Part shown: piece by piece, positions 42,161 to 54,946 of the stretch | How the letters are laid out: each line of letters begins with the position of its first letter | Numbering within the stretch: the first letter of the stretch is position 1 | Source: the human T2T-CHM13v2.0 reference genome, Homo sapiens | Strand: one strand, 5' to 3' | NCBI RefSeq assembly: GCF_009914755.1 | Contig: NC_060948.1 | Length of the DNA: 64,000 nucleotides | The notes under the pieces: model-generated | Told to the model about the DNA's origin: nothing | What the model saw: the letters and a program-made list of their open reading frames with translations, nothing else | The model's database searches: none | Program-made: the position numbers and the translations under genes

Positions 42161-42724
42161 CTTATACATATATGTATGTATTCAAATAATGAAATTCATT
42201 CCTAAAGCATGAATATTTTAGGGAAAAAAATGAGGTAGCAGACGATATCTTATTGATCCTAGGGATTTCTTATTTTATTTTTTCTTCTTGCACCAATGTT
42301 TCCTGGCCTACACTAATCTAAGTAACCAAAACTACATTTTATGTTGTGAGGTTGTGTGGTCAGAAATTGAGCCCAAGAACTAATTAAGGTGGAGGTAGAT
42401 TCGACTCCAATGATAGGGAAGCTCCCACTAAATGTATTTCTACAGCAAGACACAAAACTAATAATGAACATGATTGTGATACCATATACCCTCATTTCTA
42501 TTTTGTTTTAATTAAATAATATAAATTCTTTCATAAATAAACATACGGTTGGTCATAGAAACCATCAGGCTAAACCAAAAGATGATGTTTGAATTTGCTC
42601 ATAATTTTGTTCTTCCCTTAAGACACTAGCTAAAATCTCATCTGTGGTTAAAGCACAGGCATGATTCTCAAAATGTTCTTGGTATTGCCAGAAATCCACT
42701 GAGCTGGTTGTGCTTGTCCAGTGA

Positions 42725-43108
<384 letters not shown>

Positions 43109-44335
43109 TAATGACATGCCATACTGGCCACATCAAGTATGTTTACAAAGTATAGGCTAGTAACTCATAACTATTTTACCAAAACATCTCTAAAAACTGC
43201 TCTCCTGTCTTAATCATATTTTGATCTTGACTTTTTTTGTAACTTTTCTGTTAGAATTATCTATTCACACCTTGGCTCAGTATGTGCTTTGTGTTGTTAA
43301 TAATTTCATGTCTATAGCTTTTTAGAAACTTTTACTGAAAGTCTGTATTTGCGTGGAAATGAAACCAATTAAGAAATACAAATGACATTTCTTTCCAGCT
43401 TGTCAGAAACTGTGAGAGAGAAATTAATGACAAAAGTTTATTGCTGTGTCTTCTTTTCAGTATGCTTCCTTCAAACTTCATGGCAGTAAATGCCAAATAA
43501 CCTCATGTATCAAACTTAAAGCAAGCTGTGAGCCAGGTGTCTTCAACTGCAGGTCATATGCTGAGCTACATTCATCATTTTAATCTTTTGAATTAAATTC
43601 TCTAAAATTGAATAAACCTCAGTGAGCCTGTGGTTGCTAAGAAATTCTTTAATTCTCTGACTCCTGAATTCTGTAATATCTTCTGCCTAGAATAAAAATG
43701 GAGAAAGAATAAGGGGCAGGTTTTGGCCCATAGAAAGCAAACAATACATGTTTTGAGTCAATTTAGTGTTAGCAACTTGAGAGCAGGGACCAGAGCCATT
43801 CTTTTACACAAAACACAAAAATTTAGTTCAATTTTTGTATATTTCACTGCTATGTATCCTGCTGTCATTCAGTGAAATTCTGCTTGTATTTATATGCTAA
43901 AAATTGTTGGGGAAAATTACTCCTTTTGGTAGTAATCAAAACCAATTCAATGTGCACTACGGTATAATGTTTAAGTGGAAAGTAGTAATCTCAATAATTT
44001 CTCTGAAAATCAACTCCAAGTTTCAAGCAGCCAAGGATGAATGATGGCTGCTCTCTATATATTAATCAAAATAATCATTAAAGAAAATAAAGAACATATA
44101 TTTAAAAGATTCCATCATATTGACAGAACAAGCATTTACAGCACTTAGCAGAATATGTAGTTCATATATTTTCCCTTAAGTGTTTTTCTTATGGGTTTTT
44201 AATTTTTTAAATTTATTTTGGGGATTTTTAATAGATGATGTATTCAAATGATTTAAAAATTAAAACCATGTAACAAAGTACACATGAAGAAGCCTTTCTT
44301 CCAAGCTTGTCACTATTTCTTCCATATATCCTTCC

Positions 44336-44786
44336 TTTCATGCACGTCCCTGTGAAGAGACCACCAAACAGGCTTTGTGTGAGCAACGAGGCTGTTTATT
44401 TCACCTGGGTGCAGGTGGGCTGAGTCCGAAAAGAGAGTCAGTGAAGGGAGATAGGGGTGGGGCCGTTTTATAGCATTTGGGTAGGTAAAGGAAAATTACA
44501 GTCAAAGGGGGTTGTTCCCTGGCGGGCAGGAGTGGGGGTTGCGAGGTGCTCAGTGGGGGTGTTTTTGAGCCAGGATGAGCCAGGAAAAGGACTTTCACAA
44601 GGTAACGTCACCAGTTAAGGCAAGGATCAGCCATTTACACTTCTTTTGTGGTGGAATGTCATCAGTTAAGGTGGGGCAGGGCATATTCACTTCTTTTGTG
44701 ATTCTTCAGTTACTTCAGGCCATCTGGTCGTATCCCTGCAAGTCACAGGGGATGTGATGGCTTCGCTTGGGCTCAGAGGCCTGACA
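44336..44786 (-). mobile_element. HERV-H 3' LTR (LTR7)
   Basis: Minus strand tgtcaggcctctgagcccaagc...catgaaa, with AATAAA retained (gctgtttatt on +). Confidence 0.97.
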
Positions 44787-46589
44787 TTCCTGCCTTCTTA
44801 ATAAGAAAAATAAAACAAAATAGTGTTGAAGTGTTGGGGCGGTGAAAATTTTTGGGGGGTGGTATGGAGAGAGAGTGGACGATGTTTCTCAGGGCTGCTT
44901 CGAGCAGCATTAGGGGCTGTGTGGGAGCCTAGAGTGGGAAAGATTAAGCTGAAGGGAGGTCTTGTGGTAAGGGGTGATATTGTGGGGATGTTAGAAGAAA
45001 CATTTGTCGTATAGAATGATTGGTGATGGCCTGGATACGGTTTTGTATGAACTGAAAAACTAAATGGAATAAGAAGGAGAAAAACAGATATAAAAGGTCT
45101 AAGAATTGGGAGGACCTAGGACATCTGATTAGAGAGTGCCTAAGGAGATTCAGCATAGTCCTGCCAGCAAAGATTATTTATTTACTTCAAGAGTTAAGAG
45201 TAGCGGTTTGGGGATAGCACGAGGAGATATCACCTGTGATGGCTTGGAGAAACAGTGTAAACTGGCAGTGTAAACAAGAGCAGGGCATGTATGAGTAGTT
45301 GAGAATGGAGAATAGGAGTATGACTAGACAGAAAATAGTAGGGATGACAAGTTTTTTTGGGGGCACAGTCTAAGTTGGTCTGGTGTCTGGAATGAGACTG
45401 GGGCCTAATAAAAAGGAGCATCTATACAGGAGCTTAAATGGGCTGTACCTTGTAGCATTCCGAGGACAGGCCTGAATTCTGAGAAGGGAAAGTGATAAAA
45501 GTATTGTCCAGTCCTTTTTGGTGGCTGAGCTTGGTGAGGTGTGTTTTTAAAAGACCTTTAGTCCATTCTACCTTTCTTGAAGAAGGAGGACCGTAAGGGA
45601 TATAAAGGTTTCACTGAATACTAAGAGCCTGAAAAACTGCTTGGTGATTTGACTAATAAAGGCTCATCTGTTATCAGACGGTATAGAGGTGGGAAGGCTA
45701 AACTGAGGAATTACGTCTGACAGAAGGGAAGAAATGACTGCGGAGGCCTTCTCAGACCCTGTAGGAAAGGCCTTTACTTTATTCAGTGAAAGTGTCTATT
45801 TAGACTAAGAGGTATTTTAGTTTCCTGACTCGGGCATGTTGAGTAAAGCTAATTTGCCAGTCCTGGGTGGGGGCAAATCCTCGAGCTTGATGTGTAGGGA
45901 AGGGAGGGGGCCTGAATAATCCCTGAGGAGTAGTAGAATAGCAGATGGAACACTGGGAAGTTATTTCCTTAAGGATAGATTTCCATGATGGAAAGGAAAT
46001 GAGAGGTTCTGAGAGGTGGGCTAGTGGCTTGTACTATAGCATAGCCTGACTTTGCTGGTATGTGGCGATTAGGCCTGGTGGAACTGCCATCAATAAATCA
46101 AGCGTGATCAGGGTGAGGAACAGGAAAGAAGGAAATATGGGGAAATGGGGTGAATATCAGGTGGACCAGAGAGATACAGTCGTGGGGGTCAGGTGTGGTA
46201 TCAGGAATAATGTGGGAAGCCAGATTGAAGTCCTGGCCAGGAACAATGGTAATTGTGGGACTTAAGAAAGTGTGAGTACAGCTGAAGGAGCCGGGGAGCA
46301 GAAAGTATATGCGTCAGGTATGAGGAAGAAAATAGATTTTGGAAGTTATGAGAAATGTAGAGAGTGAGTTGAGCATAGTTTGTGATTTTTAGGGCCTCTA
46401 AAAGTATTAAAGCAGCGGCAGCCTCTGTACGCAGACATGAGGGCTAGGCTAAAACAGTAAGGTCAAGTTGTTTGGACAGAAAGGCTACAGGGTGCAGTCC
46501 TGGCTCTTGTGTAAGAATTCTGACTGCACTAACCATGCCTAGGAAGGAAAGGAGTTGTTGTTTTGTAAGGGATTGAGGTTTGGGAGATT

Positions 46590-47480
46590 AATCGGACACG
46601 ATCAGCAGGGAAAGCACGTGTGTTTTTAGGAGAATTATGCCGAAATAGGTAACAGATAAGGATGAAATTTGGGCTTGACTGAAGTAATGGGGGCTGTCTG
46701 TGAAGCCTTGTGGCAGTACAGCCCAGGTAATTTGCTGGGCCTAATCGGTGTCAGGGTCAATCCAAGTGAAAGCGAAAACAGGTTGGGATGAAGGGTGCAA
46801 AGGAACAGTAAAGAAAGCATGTTTGAGATCTAGAACAGAATAATGGGTAGTAGAGGGAGGTATTGAGGATAGGAGAGTATATGGGTTTGGCACCACGGGG
46901 TGGATAGGCAAAACAATTTGGTTGATAAGGTGCAGATTCTGAACTAACTTGTAAGGCTTGTCTGGTTTTAGGACAGGTAAAATGGGGGAATGGTAAGGAG
47001 AGTTTATAGGCTTTAAAAGCCCATGCTGTAGCAGGCTAGTGTTAACAGGCTTTAATCCTTTCAAAGCGTGCTGTGGGATGGGATATTGCCGTTGAGCGGG
47101 GTAAGGGTGACTAGGTTTTAATGAGATGGTAATGGGCATGTGATCGGTTGCCAGGGAAGGAGTAGAGATGTCCCATACTTGTGGGTTAAGGTGGGGGGAT
47201 ATGAGAGGAAGACTCGAAGGAGGCTTTGGGTTGGGGAGAAGGGTGGCAATGAGATGTGGCTGTAGTCCAGGAATAGTCAGGGAAGCACATAATTTGGTTA
47301 AAATATCTCGGCCTAATAAGGGAACTGGGCAGGTGGAGATAACTAAAAAAGAGTGCATAAAAGAGTGCTGTCTAAGTTGGCACCAGAGTGGGGGGAGTTT
47401 TAAGAGGTTTAGAAGCCTGGCTGTCAATACCCACAACAGTTATGGAGGCAAGGGAAACAGACCCTTGAAAAGAAGGTAAT
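46590..47480 (-). pseudogene. HERV-H protease/reverse transcriptase remnant
   Basis: ORF 46741-47436: CPVPLLGRDIL...QYPIP...SPILPVLKPD...YSVLDLKHAFF...FAFTWIDP, then a TAG stop. The same frame continues AQQITWAVLPQGFTDSPHYFSQ and then AQISSLSVTYFGIIL. Confidence 0.93.
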
Positions 47481-47689
47481 GTGGAGTGGGTAGCCTCCAT
47501 ATTGATTAAGAAGGGGACGGGCTTACCCTCCACTGTGAGTTACCTAAAGCTCGGCGTCTGTGATGGTCTACGGGGCTTCTGAGGCGATGGGGCAGCATCA
47601 GTCTTCAGCCGGTAAGCCGAGAAGGAGTCAGTCAGAGAGCCTTGGGCCAGAGTTCCAGGAGCTCTGGGAGTGGCTGCCAGGTGAGTTGA

Positions 47690-47810
47690 ACAGTCCGATT
47701 TTCAGTGGGGTCCCACACAGATGGGACGTGGCTTAGGAGGAATCCTGGGCTGCGGGTGTTCCTTGGCCCAGTGGCCAGATTTCTGGCATGTGTAACAAGT
47801 TCCTGGGGGA
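47690..47810 (-). pseudogene. HERV-H gag nucleocapsid zinc knuckles, degenerate
   Basis: Hand translation: PPGTCYTCQKSGHWAKEHPQPRIPPKPRPICVGPH*KSDC. This is CX2CX4HX4C with the last Cys changed to His, and a stop in the second knuckle. Confidence 0.85.
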
Positions 47811-48871
47811 GGAGGTTCTGGAGGAACGCCTGGCTGCTACAGTTCAGGTGTTTGGAAGTTCTTGTGTGCTGGAGATGTGGCTGGGGTTTGTCTCACAGTG
47901 GTGGCAATGAATTGCAACTTTTTTCTGTTATTGCACACCTTGAAGGTGAGGTTAATTAAGTCCTGTTGTGGGGTTTGAGGGCCAGATTCCAGTTTTTGGA
48001 GTTTTATTTAATGTCGGGAGCAGATTGGGTAATAAAATGTATATTGAGAATAAGATGGCCTTTTGACCTTTTAGGGTCTAGGGCTGTAAAGTGTCTCAGG
48101 GTTGCTGCCGAACGAGCCATGAACTGGGCTGGATTTTTATATTTGATGAAAAAGAGCTTAAACGCTATCTGATTTGGGATAAAGAAAAAGGAGCATTAAC
48201 CTAGTGCCTTTAGCTCCAGCCACCTTTTTAAGAATAAATTGCTGGCAGGTGGGGGAGGGCTAGTCACGGAATGAAACTGTAAGCCGGAGCAGGTGTGAGG
48301 AGGGGAGGCGATAAAAAGATTATAGGGTGGAGGAGTGGAGGCTGCGGAAGAATTGGGACCTAGCTCGGCCTGTCAAGGAGGGGAGAGGTCAGATGGGTCT
48401 GTAGAAAAGGAAGATTAGAAAGACTCAGCGACGCTTGGGGTTGGGACTGAGGGGACAGGCGGGAGGGAAAGAAGGAAGATTTGGGAGGAGTTGCACTGGG
48501 CACAGAGACTAGGAGGGGACTGATGTGTAAAAGAATGCCTGGACGTCAGGCACCTCAGACCATTTGCCCATTTTACAACAAGAATTATTTGGATCTTGCA
48601 GGATGGAAAAATTGAAAGTGCCGTTTTCTGGCTATTTGGAACTACTGTTGAGTTTGTATTGGGGTCAAGCGGCATTTCAGAAGAAAATAAGACGCTTAGA
48701 TTTTAGGTCAGGTGAGAATTGAAGAGGTTTTAAGTTCTTAAGAATAGAGGCTAAGGGAGAAGAAAGAGGAATGGAAGCTGGAAGCATAGTGAAGGAGGCA
48801 AGCCCAGAGAAAAGAGTGGAGACACGGAGAAGGAGTGGGGTTTTCTTTCCCTCCAGAAAAGCAGAGAAAGG

Positions 48872-48985
48872 GTTGGGGCACAGAAATAAGGGATTGGGGT
48901 GCAGAGATAAGAGATTGGGGCGTGGAAATAAGGGATTGAGGCACAGAGATAAGAGGTTGGGGCGTGGAAATAAGCGATTGGGGGG
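48872..48985. repeat. About 21-bp degenerate tandem repeat (5 copies) in the HERV-H leader/pre-gag region
   Basis: ggggcacagaaataagggatt / ggggtgcagagataagagatt / ggggcgtggaaataagggatt / gaggcacagagataagaggtt / ggggcgtggaaataagcgatt. Confidence 0.85.
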
Positions 48986-49506
48986 TTCTTGCCCCCTAGG
49001 AAAGCGGGACTTGCCACTAAGGGTGAAGGAGAAGGGGTTGAGGGGTACTTGCCCCTGCCCCAGGAAAGAGGGACTTGCCGCCAAGGGTGAAGGACCAAGT
49101 CAGGCATCCCTGCGTGGTCTGACACCCTTGAAACGTGAGTGTATAATCAGAGAGGTGTCCCTGCAATGATTAAACACCAAGAGAAGGCTGCCTTCCCAGT
49201 CCGTGACCGGCGCCGGAGTTTTGGGTTCATGGATAAAACATGTCTCTTTTGTCTCTACCAGAAAATGAAAGGAATTGAAATTAAGAGAAGGGAGAGATTG
49301 AAGTGTGGTTCCAAGATTGAAAGGAGAAAGAGGTTAAGGGATAGTGAGGGAGGTTGGAGAAGAGAGTAAAAAGAGGCCGCTTACCGGATTTGAAATTGGT
49401 GAGATGTTTCTTGTGCTGGTCGGTCTGAGGACCTGAGGTCATAGGTGGATCTCACGGAGCAAAAAGCGGGAGGACAGGGGATTGATCTCCCAAGGGAGGT
49501 CCCCCG

Positions 49507-49524
49507 ATCCGAGTCACGGCACCA
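49507..49524 (-). promoter_or_regulatory. Primer binding site complementary to the tRNA-His 3' end
   Basis: Minus strand TGGTGCCGTGACTCGGAT (18 nt), 2 nt downstream of the 5' LTR. Confidence 0.97.
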
Positions 49525-49526
49525 AA

Positions 49527-49978
49527 TTTCATGCGCGTCCGTGTGAAGAGACCACCAAACAGGCTTTGTGTGAGCAACATGGCTGTTTATTTCACCTGGG
49601 TGCAGGCGGGCTGAGTCCGAAAAGAGAGTCAGCGAAGGGAGATAGGGGTGGGGCCGTTTTATAAGATTTGGGTAGGTAAAGGAAAATTACAGTCAAAGGG
49701 GGTTTGTTCTCTGGCGGGTAGGAGTGGGGGTCGCAAGGTGCTCAGTGGGGGAGCTTCTGATCCAGGATGAGCCAGGAAAAGGACTTTCACAAGGTAACGT
49801 CATCAGTTAAGGCAAGGACCGGCCATTTACACTTCTTTTGTGGTGGAATGTCATCAGTTAAGGTGGGGCAGGGCATTTTCACTTCTTTTGTGATTCTTTA
49901 GTTACTTCAGGCCATCCGGGCATATACGTGCAGGTCACAGGGGATGCGATGGCTTGGCTTGGGCTCAGAGGCCTGACA
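49527..49978 (-). promoter_or_regulatory. HERV-H 5' LTR (LTR7, type I with duplicated ~50-bp U3 block); putative leftward promoter
   Basis: TATAAAA box (ttttata at about 49657-49663 on +), adjacent GC/GT box ggggtggggcc, and two ACAAAAGA motifs at 49834-49841 and 49884-49891. Confidence 0.93.
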
Positions 49979-50837
49979 CTTCCCTCTACAGTTAATCATT
50001 CTTATTAGTTTCTCAAATATGTTTCCAGAGTTTCCATATGTAGATATAAACAAATATTTGTAGGTTATCTCATAGCTGTTATAAACAGTCCCTTATACAT
50101 GGATATTGGGACTTATTTTCAGCTTTAAAATGATAAAATGGTAAATAGTGCTGTAATGAAAAATCTTTCACACATATCATTTATCCATATTTCTAGAAAT
50201 GGGATTGTTGAATCAGATTAACGTTAGAATCAATTTATCTAGCTCTAAAAATGTTGCTGTTCTTGTTGGAATCACACTAATTTTGATGTTAACTTAGAGA
50301 GAATCATCAGCTTTATGATGCTGAATCCTTCTACCCAAGATTACATCATGTCTTTTCTTTTATTCCATCCTAGATTTTTGTCCTAAATTATGTTAAATAT
50401 TTTTCTTATGACTATTGAACAATTCTGGCTATGTTTACTCAGACGTTTTGTTCTTTTTCATGTTGTTTGTGTATGTTCTTGCCATCTTAGCAAAGTAATT
50501 ATTGCAAATTTTTAAAATATGCGAATATGGAGCAAAATTGGAAGTAACACAGTATATATTTTTATCAATTTTGTGCAACTCCAGACACTTTGTGTTAATC
50601 ATTAATAAATATTTATTTTACTAAGTTTTTGATATCTACTATTTGATTTGGCATTCCTCAAATACCTGTGGATTAAAATATTATAAAAACTTCCTACTGG
50701 GAAAAATTTTTAAAAGCCATATTATCATTTATTGGTTTATCTTTTTTAAATAATTCAAATACTGAATTAACTCTATAGTTAACAAGATATCACTTACATT
50801 TTCTAAGATACTCTCTTGGATTTAGCTGTGTGGCACT

Positions 50838-51445
50838 ATTAACCAAAAATAAATTCTAAGGCCATCCAATCATCTAAATGGACCCCTCCTCTTGGCCAAG
50901 GGCATTCCACAGTTAACCTGAAAAACCAGTTCAGGACATGACAGAAGAGGGGAAGGCACATGCCTCACTATACATCCCACCAGCATTAGCATCAACACAG
51001 ATCTTAAATCTGATAAGAAACATTTACAATCTATTCTCTCAGAAGCCTATTACTTGGAGGCCTCCTCTGCATGATAAAATCGAGGTCTCCACCACCCCTT
51101 AACTTAATCCAAACATTGCTTTCTATTGATAACTCTCTTTCAGCCAATTGCCAATCAGAACATTTTTAAATCCATCTATGATCTGGAAGCCACCCTTCAA
51201 TCCCCCTCCTCAATCCCTTCATCACTTTGAGTTAGTCTGCCCTTCCAGATGGAACGAATGTAAATCTTACATGTGTTGATTGACGTGTGATATCTCCTCA
51301 AATTATGTAAAAACAAGCTGTACCCTGACCACCCTGGGCATATTTTCAGGGCCTCTTGAGGCTGTGTCATGGGCATGTCCTTAACCTTGGCAAAATAAAC
51401 GTTCTAAACTGATTGAGACCTGTCTCAGATACTTTTGAGTTCACA
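50838..51445 (+). mobile_element. MER4B-type solo LTR
   Basis: aaccaaaaataaattctaaggcc...gacccctcctcttggccaagggcattcc...aaaataaac...gagacctgtctcagatacttttgagttcaca. Confidence 0.8.
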
Positions 51446-51525
51446 AATTTGAGAGCTGTCTTAGGTACTTTTGGGTTCAAAACACCCTTTGATGTTAATG
51501 GAATCCATTGTCTAAATCACCAAGA

Positions 51526-51730
51526 GGCTGGGCGCGGTGGCTCACGCCTGTAATCCCAGTACTTTGGGAGGCCGAGGCGGGCGGATCACCTGAGGTCGGG
51601 AGTTCTAGACCAGCCTGACCAACATGGAGAAACCCTGTCTCTACTAAAAACACAAAATTAGCAGGGCGTGGTTGGCACATGCCTGTAATCCCTGCTACTC
51701 GGGAGGCTGAGGCAGGAGAATCGCTTGAAC
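51526..51730 (+). mobile_element. AluSp-like, truncated in the right arm with no tail
   Basis: ggctgggcgcggtggctcacgcc...gagaatcgcttgaac, then non-Alu sequence. Confidence 0.92.
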
Positions 51731-51968
51731 TCAAAGCCCCCACTTTGAGTTGTCCCACCTTTCTGAACCAAAACAATGTATTTCTTAAATGTATTTGATT
51801 GATGTGTCATACTTCCCTAAAATATATAAAACCAAGCTGTACCCCAACCACCTTGGGCACACGTTCTCAGGACTTCCTGAGGGCTGTGTCATGGGCCATG
51901 GTCACTCATATTTGACTCAGAATAAATCTCTTAAAATACTTTACAGAATTTGACTCTTTTCAACAACA
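51731..51968 (+). mobile_element. 3' part of a MER4D/E-type LTR
   Basis: ccaagctgtaccccaaccaccttgggcac...cagaataaatctctt...tttgactctttt; it is the reverse complement homolog of about 35550-35790. Confidence 0.85.
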
Positions 51969-52976
51969 ATATGCCAATATGTATAGGAAATCACTAGTCA
52001 AATTAATTTATCAGTGCTATTTGATAGTTTGTGAAATATCTTTGTATATAAACAATATGAACTGATAAAGAAAAAATATAGTTCTGATATAAAGAAGCAG
52101 AGTTCTTTGACAAGCTGAGTGAAGAGAATTTAATCATGAAGGATCCTTGGATATTATTTAGTTTTTAGACATCATGTAGTCCAAGATCTGTTCTGAAAAC
52201 ATACCTGGTTCAAAATGCAGATTTCCTCAAAATGTCTACATCAGTATCAAATGAAATATATAACAATGTTCATTGGTTTCTTCTTCTTTATGTCATTAAG
52301 TTGCTTCAATAGCAATAGACTGGCAAGTGCATTCTGCCACCTTGGACTTGTGATTCACTCAGGAGAATTTAACACTGTGATTAAAAAAAGTAAAAGGGAT
52401 TTAGTATTTCTAAGGCTGACTGCCTTGGCAAGACACTGTAGTTCAAATCAGCATGCATCCATTTTGAATATTAAGTAGGAAAGTGAAATAAATTTTTGGT
52501 AGAGGCTTAGAAAAATATAAAACACTGTCATTCTGAGGTTAGTTTTCAGCTCCATTGATTTTTGTCTTTTATACCTCAATATGATTAAAAAAAAAGCTTT
52601 CCCTAAATCTGTCTATATAATGTTTCACCATTATGGTACACATATAATATAATGCAGACTACTCTGTTTTCCACTCTGACCTTTACTACATAGCTGGTTT
52701 TTGATAGAAGAATGTGGGAGGAAATACTTTTTAAATAGAATTCCAATAATGCATCTGTAAACATAACCTCTCATCCTTTGAAATACGAAGTGTTAACCTT
52801 GCTGTAGGATATATTATTCCTTTTCGTTTTGATAAGCCGTAAGAGGTAGGGACATAGAATTAAAATGCATAGATAACTATGGTCAGGATTACCTAATATT
52901 AACCTAAATTATGTCCTGTTAAGCATTGAATAATGTTAAGTAAAATGTTCTATTATCATTATAAGTTTTGTAATAC

Positions 52977-54005
52977 TGTAACCGCCCAACGGGTTCACCT
53001 TGCCCGCTGCCTAGACAGAGACGATTTAGTAAGACAGGGGGACTGCAATGGAGAAAGAGTAATTCACTCAGAGCCGGCTGTGTGGGAGACTGGAGTTTTA
53101 TTATTACTCAAATCAGCCTCCCTGAGCATTTGGAGGAATGCTTGGGGATTGGAGTTTTTAAAGATAACTTGGGCCAGGCACGGTGGCTCATGCCTGTAAT
53201 CCCAGCACTTTGGGAGGCCGAGGCGGGTGGATCACCTGAGACCAGCCTGGCTAACGTGGTGAAACCCTGTCACTACTAAAAATGCAAAAATTAGCTGGGC
53301 GTGGTGGCAGGCGCCTCTAGTCCCAGCTACTCGGGAGGCTGAGGTAGGAGAATTACTTGTTGAGTCCAGGAGACGGAGGTTGCTGTGAGCCTAGATCATG
53401 CCACTGCACTCCAGCCTGGGCAACAGAGGCAGATTCCATCTCAAAAAAAAAACATTAAAGATAACTTGGCAGTAGGGGCTTGGGAAGTGGGAAGTACTGA
53501 TTGTTCGGACTGAAGATGGAATCATAGGGGGGTCGAAGTGAGGTTTTCTTGTTGTCTTCTGTTCCTGGGTGGGATCACAGAACTGGTTGAGCCAGGTCTG
53601 GGTGGTATCAGCTAATCCATCAAGTGCAGGGTTTGCAAAATCTCTCAAGCACTGATCTTAGGTTTTAAAATAGTGATGTTATCTCCAGGATCAATTTGGT
53701 GAGGTTCAGACTCTTGCAGCCAGAAGCTGCATGACCCCTAAACGTAATTCCTACTCTTGTAGCTAGTTTGTTAGTCCTACAAAGGCAGACTGGGCCCAAA
53801 GCAAGAAGGGAGTCTTTTTGGGAAAGGGCTATAGTTTCGTTTCAGAGTCAAACCATAAACTAAATTCCTTCCCAAGGTTAGTTTGGCCTATGCCTAGGAA
53901 TGAACAAGGACAGCTTAAAGGTTAGAAGCAAGATGGAGTTGATTAGGTCTAATCTCTTTCACTATCATAATATCCTCAGTTATAATTTTTGCAAAGACAG
54001 TTTCA
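52977..54005 (-). mobile_element. LTR8-type solo LTR interrupted by an Alu
   Basis: tgtaaccgcccaacgggttcaccttgcccgctgcctagacagag...ataatttttgcaaagacagtttca. Flanks are atac and agac. Confidence 0.85.
53172..53455 (+). mobile_element. AluS inside LTR8, with a 14-bp internal deletion
   Basis: TSD taaagataacttg(g) on both sides. Confidence 0.95.
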
Positions 54006-54439
54006 AGACTAGGAAGTTATTTTTTGAAGATATAGTTATTGAATAAAACAGTGTGTAATTTAGCTATTGACCGATGGAGCTGCAATTTTTCTCAGCAGTT
54101 AATCTTTTCTTTAAGTTACTTCATAATTGAAATAGCTACTTTTATAGATTGATTAGTCCCTAAATATAAATCAATCGTATATTTAAAAGGGTTTTTATTT
54201 TAAACTTATCCTTGAAAGATTGTGAATAAAACAAATTAGAAGGTCTATGAAAGTTCCAGCCTATTGAAAAAGAGATTTGTATTGTATAGACTAAGTAATT
54301 CAATTGGAATACATAAATCTTAGGCTCTTACAAAGAAAGAGAAAAATAAAATCTTAGACTAAGATTTCACAGTACCAATGCCAATATAGACAAGATACCT
54401 AAACAAATCAAAGAAAAAGTTTTGAATTTCAGTAGACAC

Positions 54440-54946
54440 TGTCAACCGAGGAAAATGACAAGCCTCAATCATTTTAGGAGATTTATTTGCCAAAATTAAG
54501 GATGCACCCGGGAGACAGGTCTACGCCTTTCTCCAAAGATGATTTTGAGGGCTCCAAATTTAAAGGGGAAAGGGTGGGATATTGAGAAGCACACAGTTTT
54601 TACATAAACAAGGGGGGGCAGAGGAAAAATGTGAAGAATCTGCATTTTACCTAACACAGACAAAATGGGTAAGGGGAACAATCAGCTATGCATTTTTGTC
54701 TGGCAGGCTGGGTGACTGCACCTGTAAAGATAAGCTATCAATTTGCATGGCCATGGAGAAGTTTTTAACAGCTCACCAGGAATTTCCTTGTGGGCAAAAT
54801 ATGGGGGAGGCGTGTAGCCTTTCATCTGGTAGCCATCTCATCGAGGAACCAAAAGGGGGAGGCAGGTTTGTGTGACTCAGTTCCCAGCTTGACTTTTCCC
54901 TTTGGGTAAATGAGTTTGGGGTCCAAAAATTTAATTTCTTTTCACA
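54440..54946 (-). mobile_element. MER4-group solo LTR (MER4C/MER49-like)
   Basis: The minus strand starts tgtgaaaagaaatt...gggaaaagtcaagctgggaactg. Flanks are acac and gcac. Confidence 0.75.

Larger units (their letters stand above)
44336..49978 (-). mobile_element. HERV-H provirus, common deleted form (5643 bp), with both LTRs
   Basis: LTRs at 44336-44786 and 49527-49978. 5-bp TSD CTTCC at 44331-44335 and 49979-49983. tRNA-His PBS, polypurine tract at 44787-44800, and gag zinc-knuckle and pro/pol remnants. Confidence 0.98.

Noticed and set aside
48872-48985. CRISPR-like array
   Set aside because: There are no unique spacers or cas genes and the context is eukaryotic. It is a simple degenerate tandem repeat.
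48415-49369. Overlapping 68-135 aa ORFs with repeated peptides on both strands
   Set aside because: They arise from the 21-bp tandem repeat and low-complexity leader of HERV-H.
49507-49524. tRNA-His gene
   Set aside because: Only the 18-nt 3' end including CCA is present, next to an LTR. It is the retroviral PBS.
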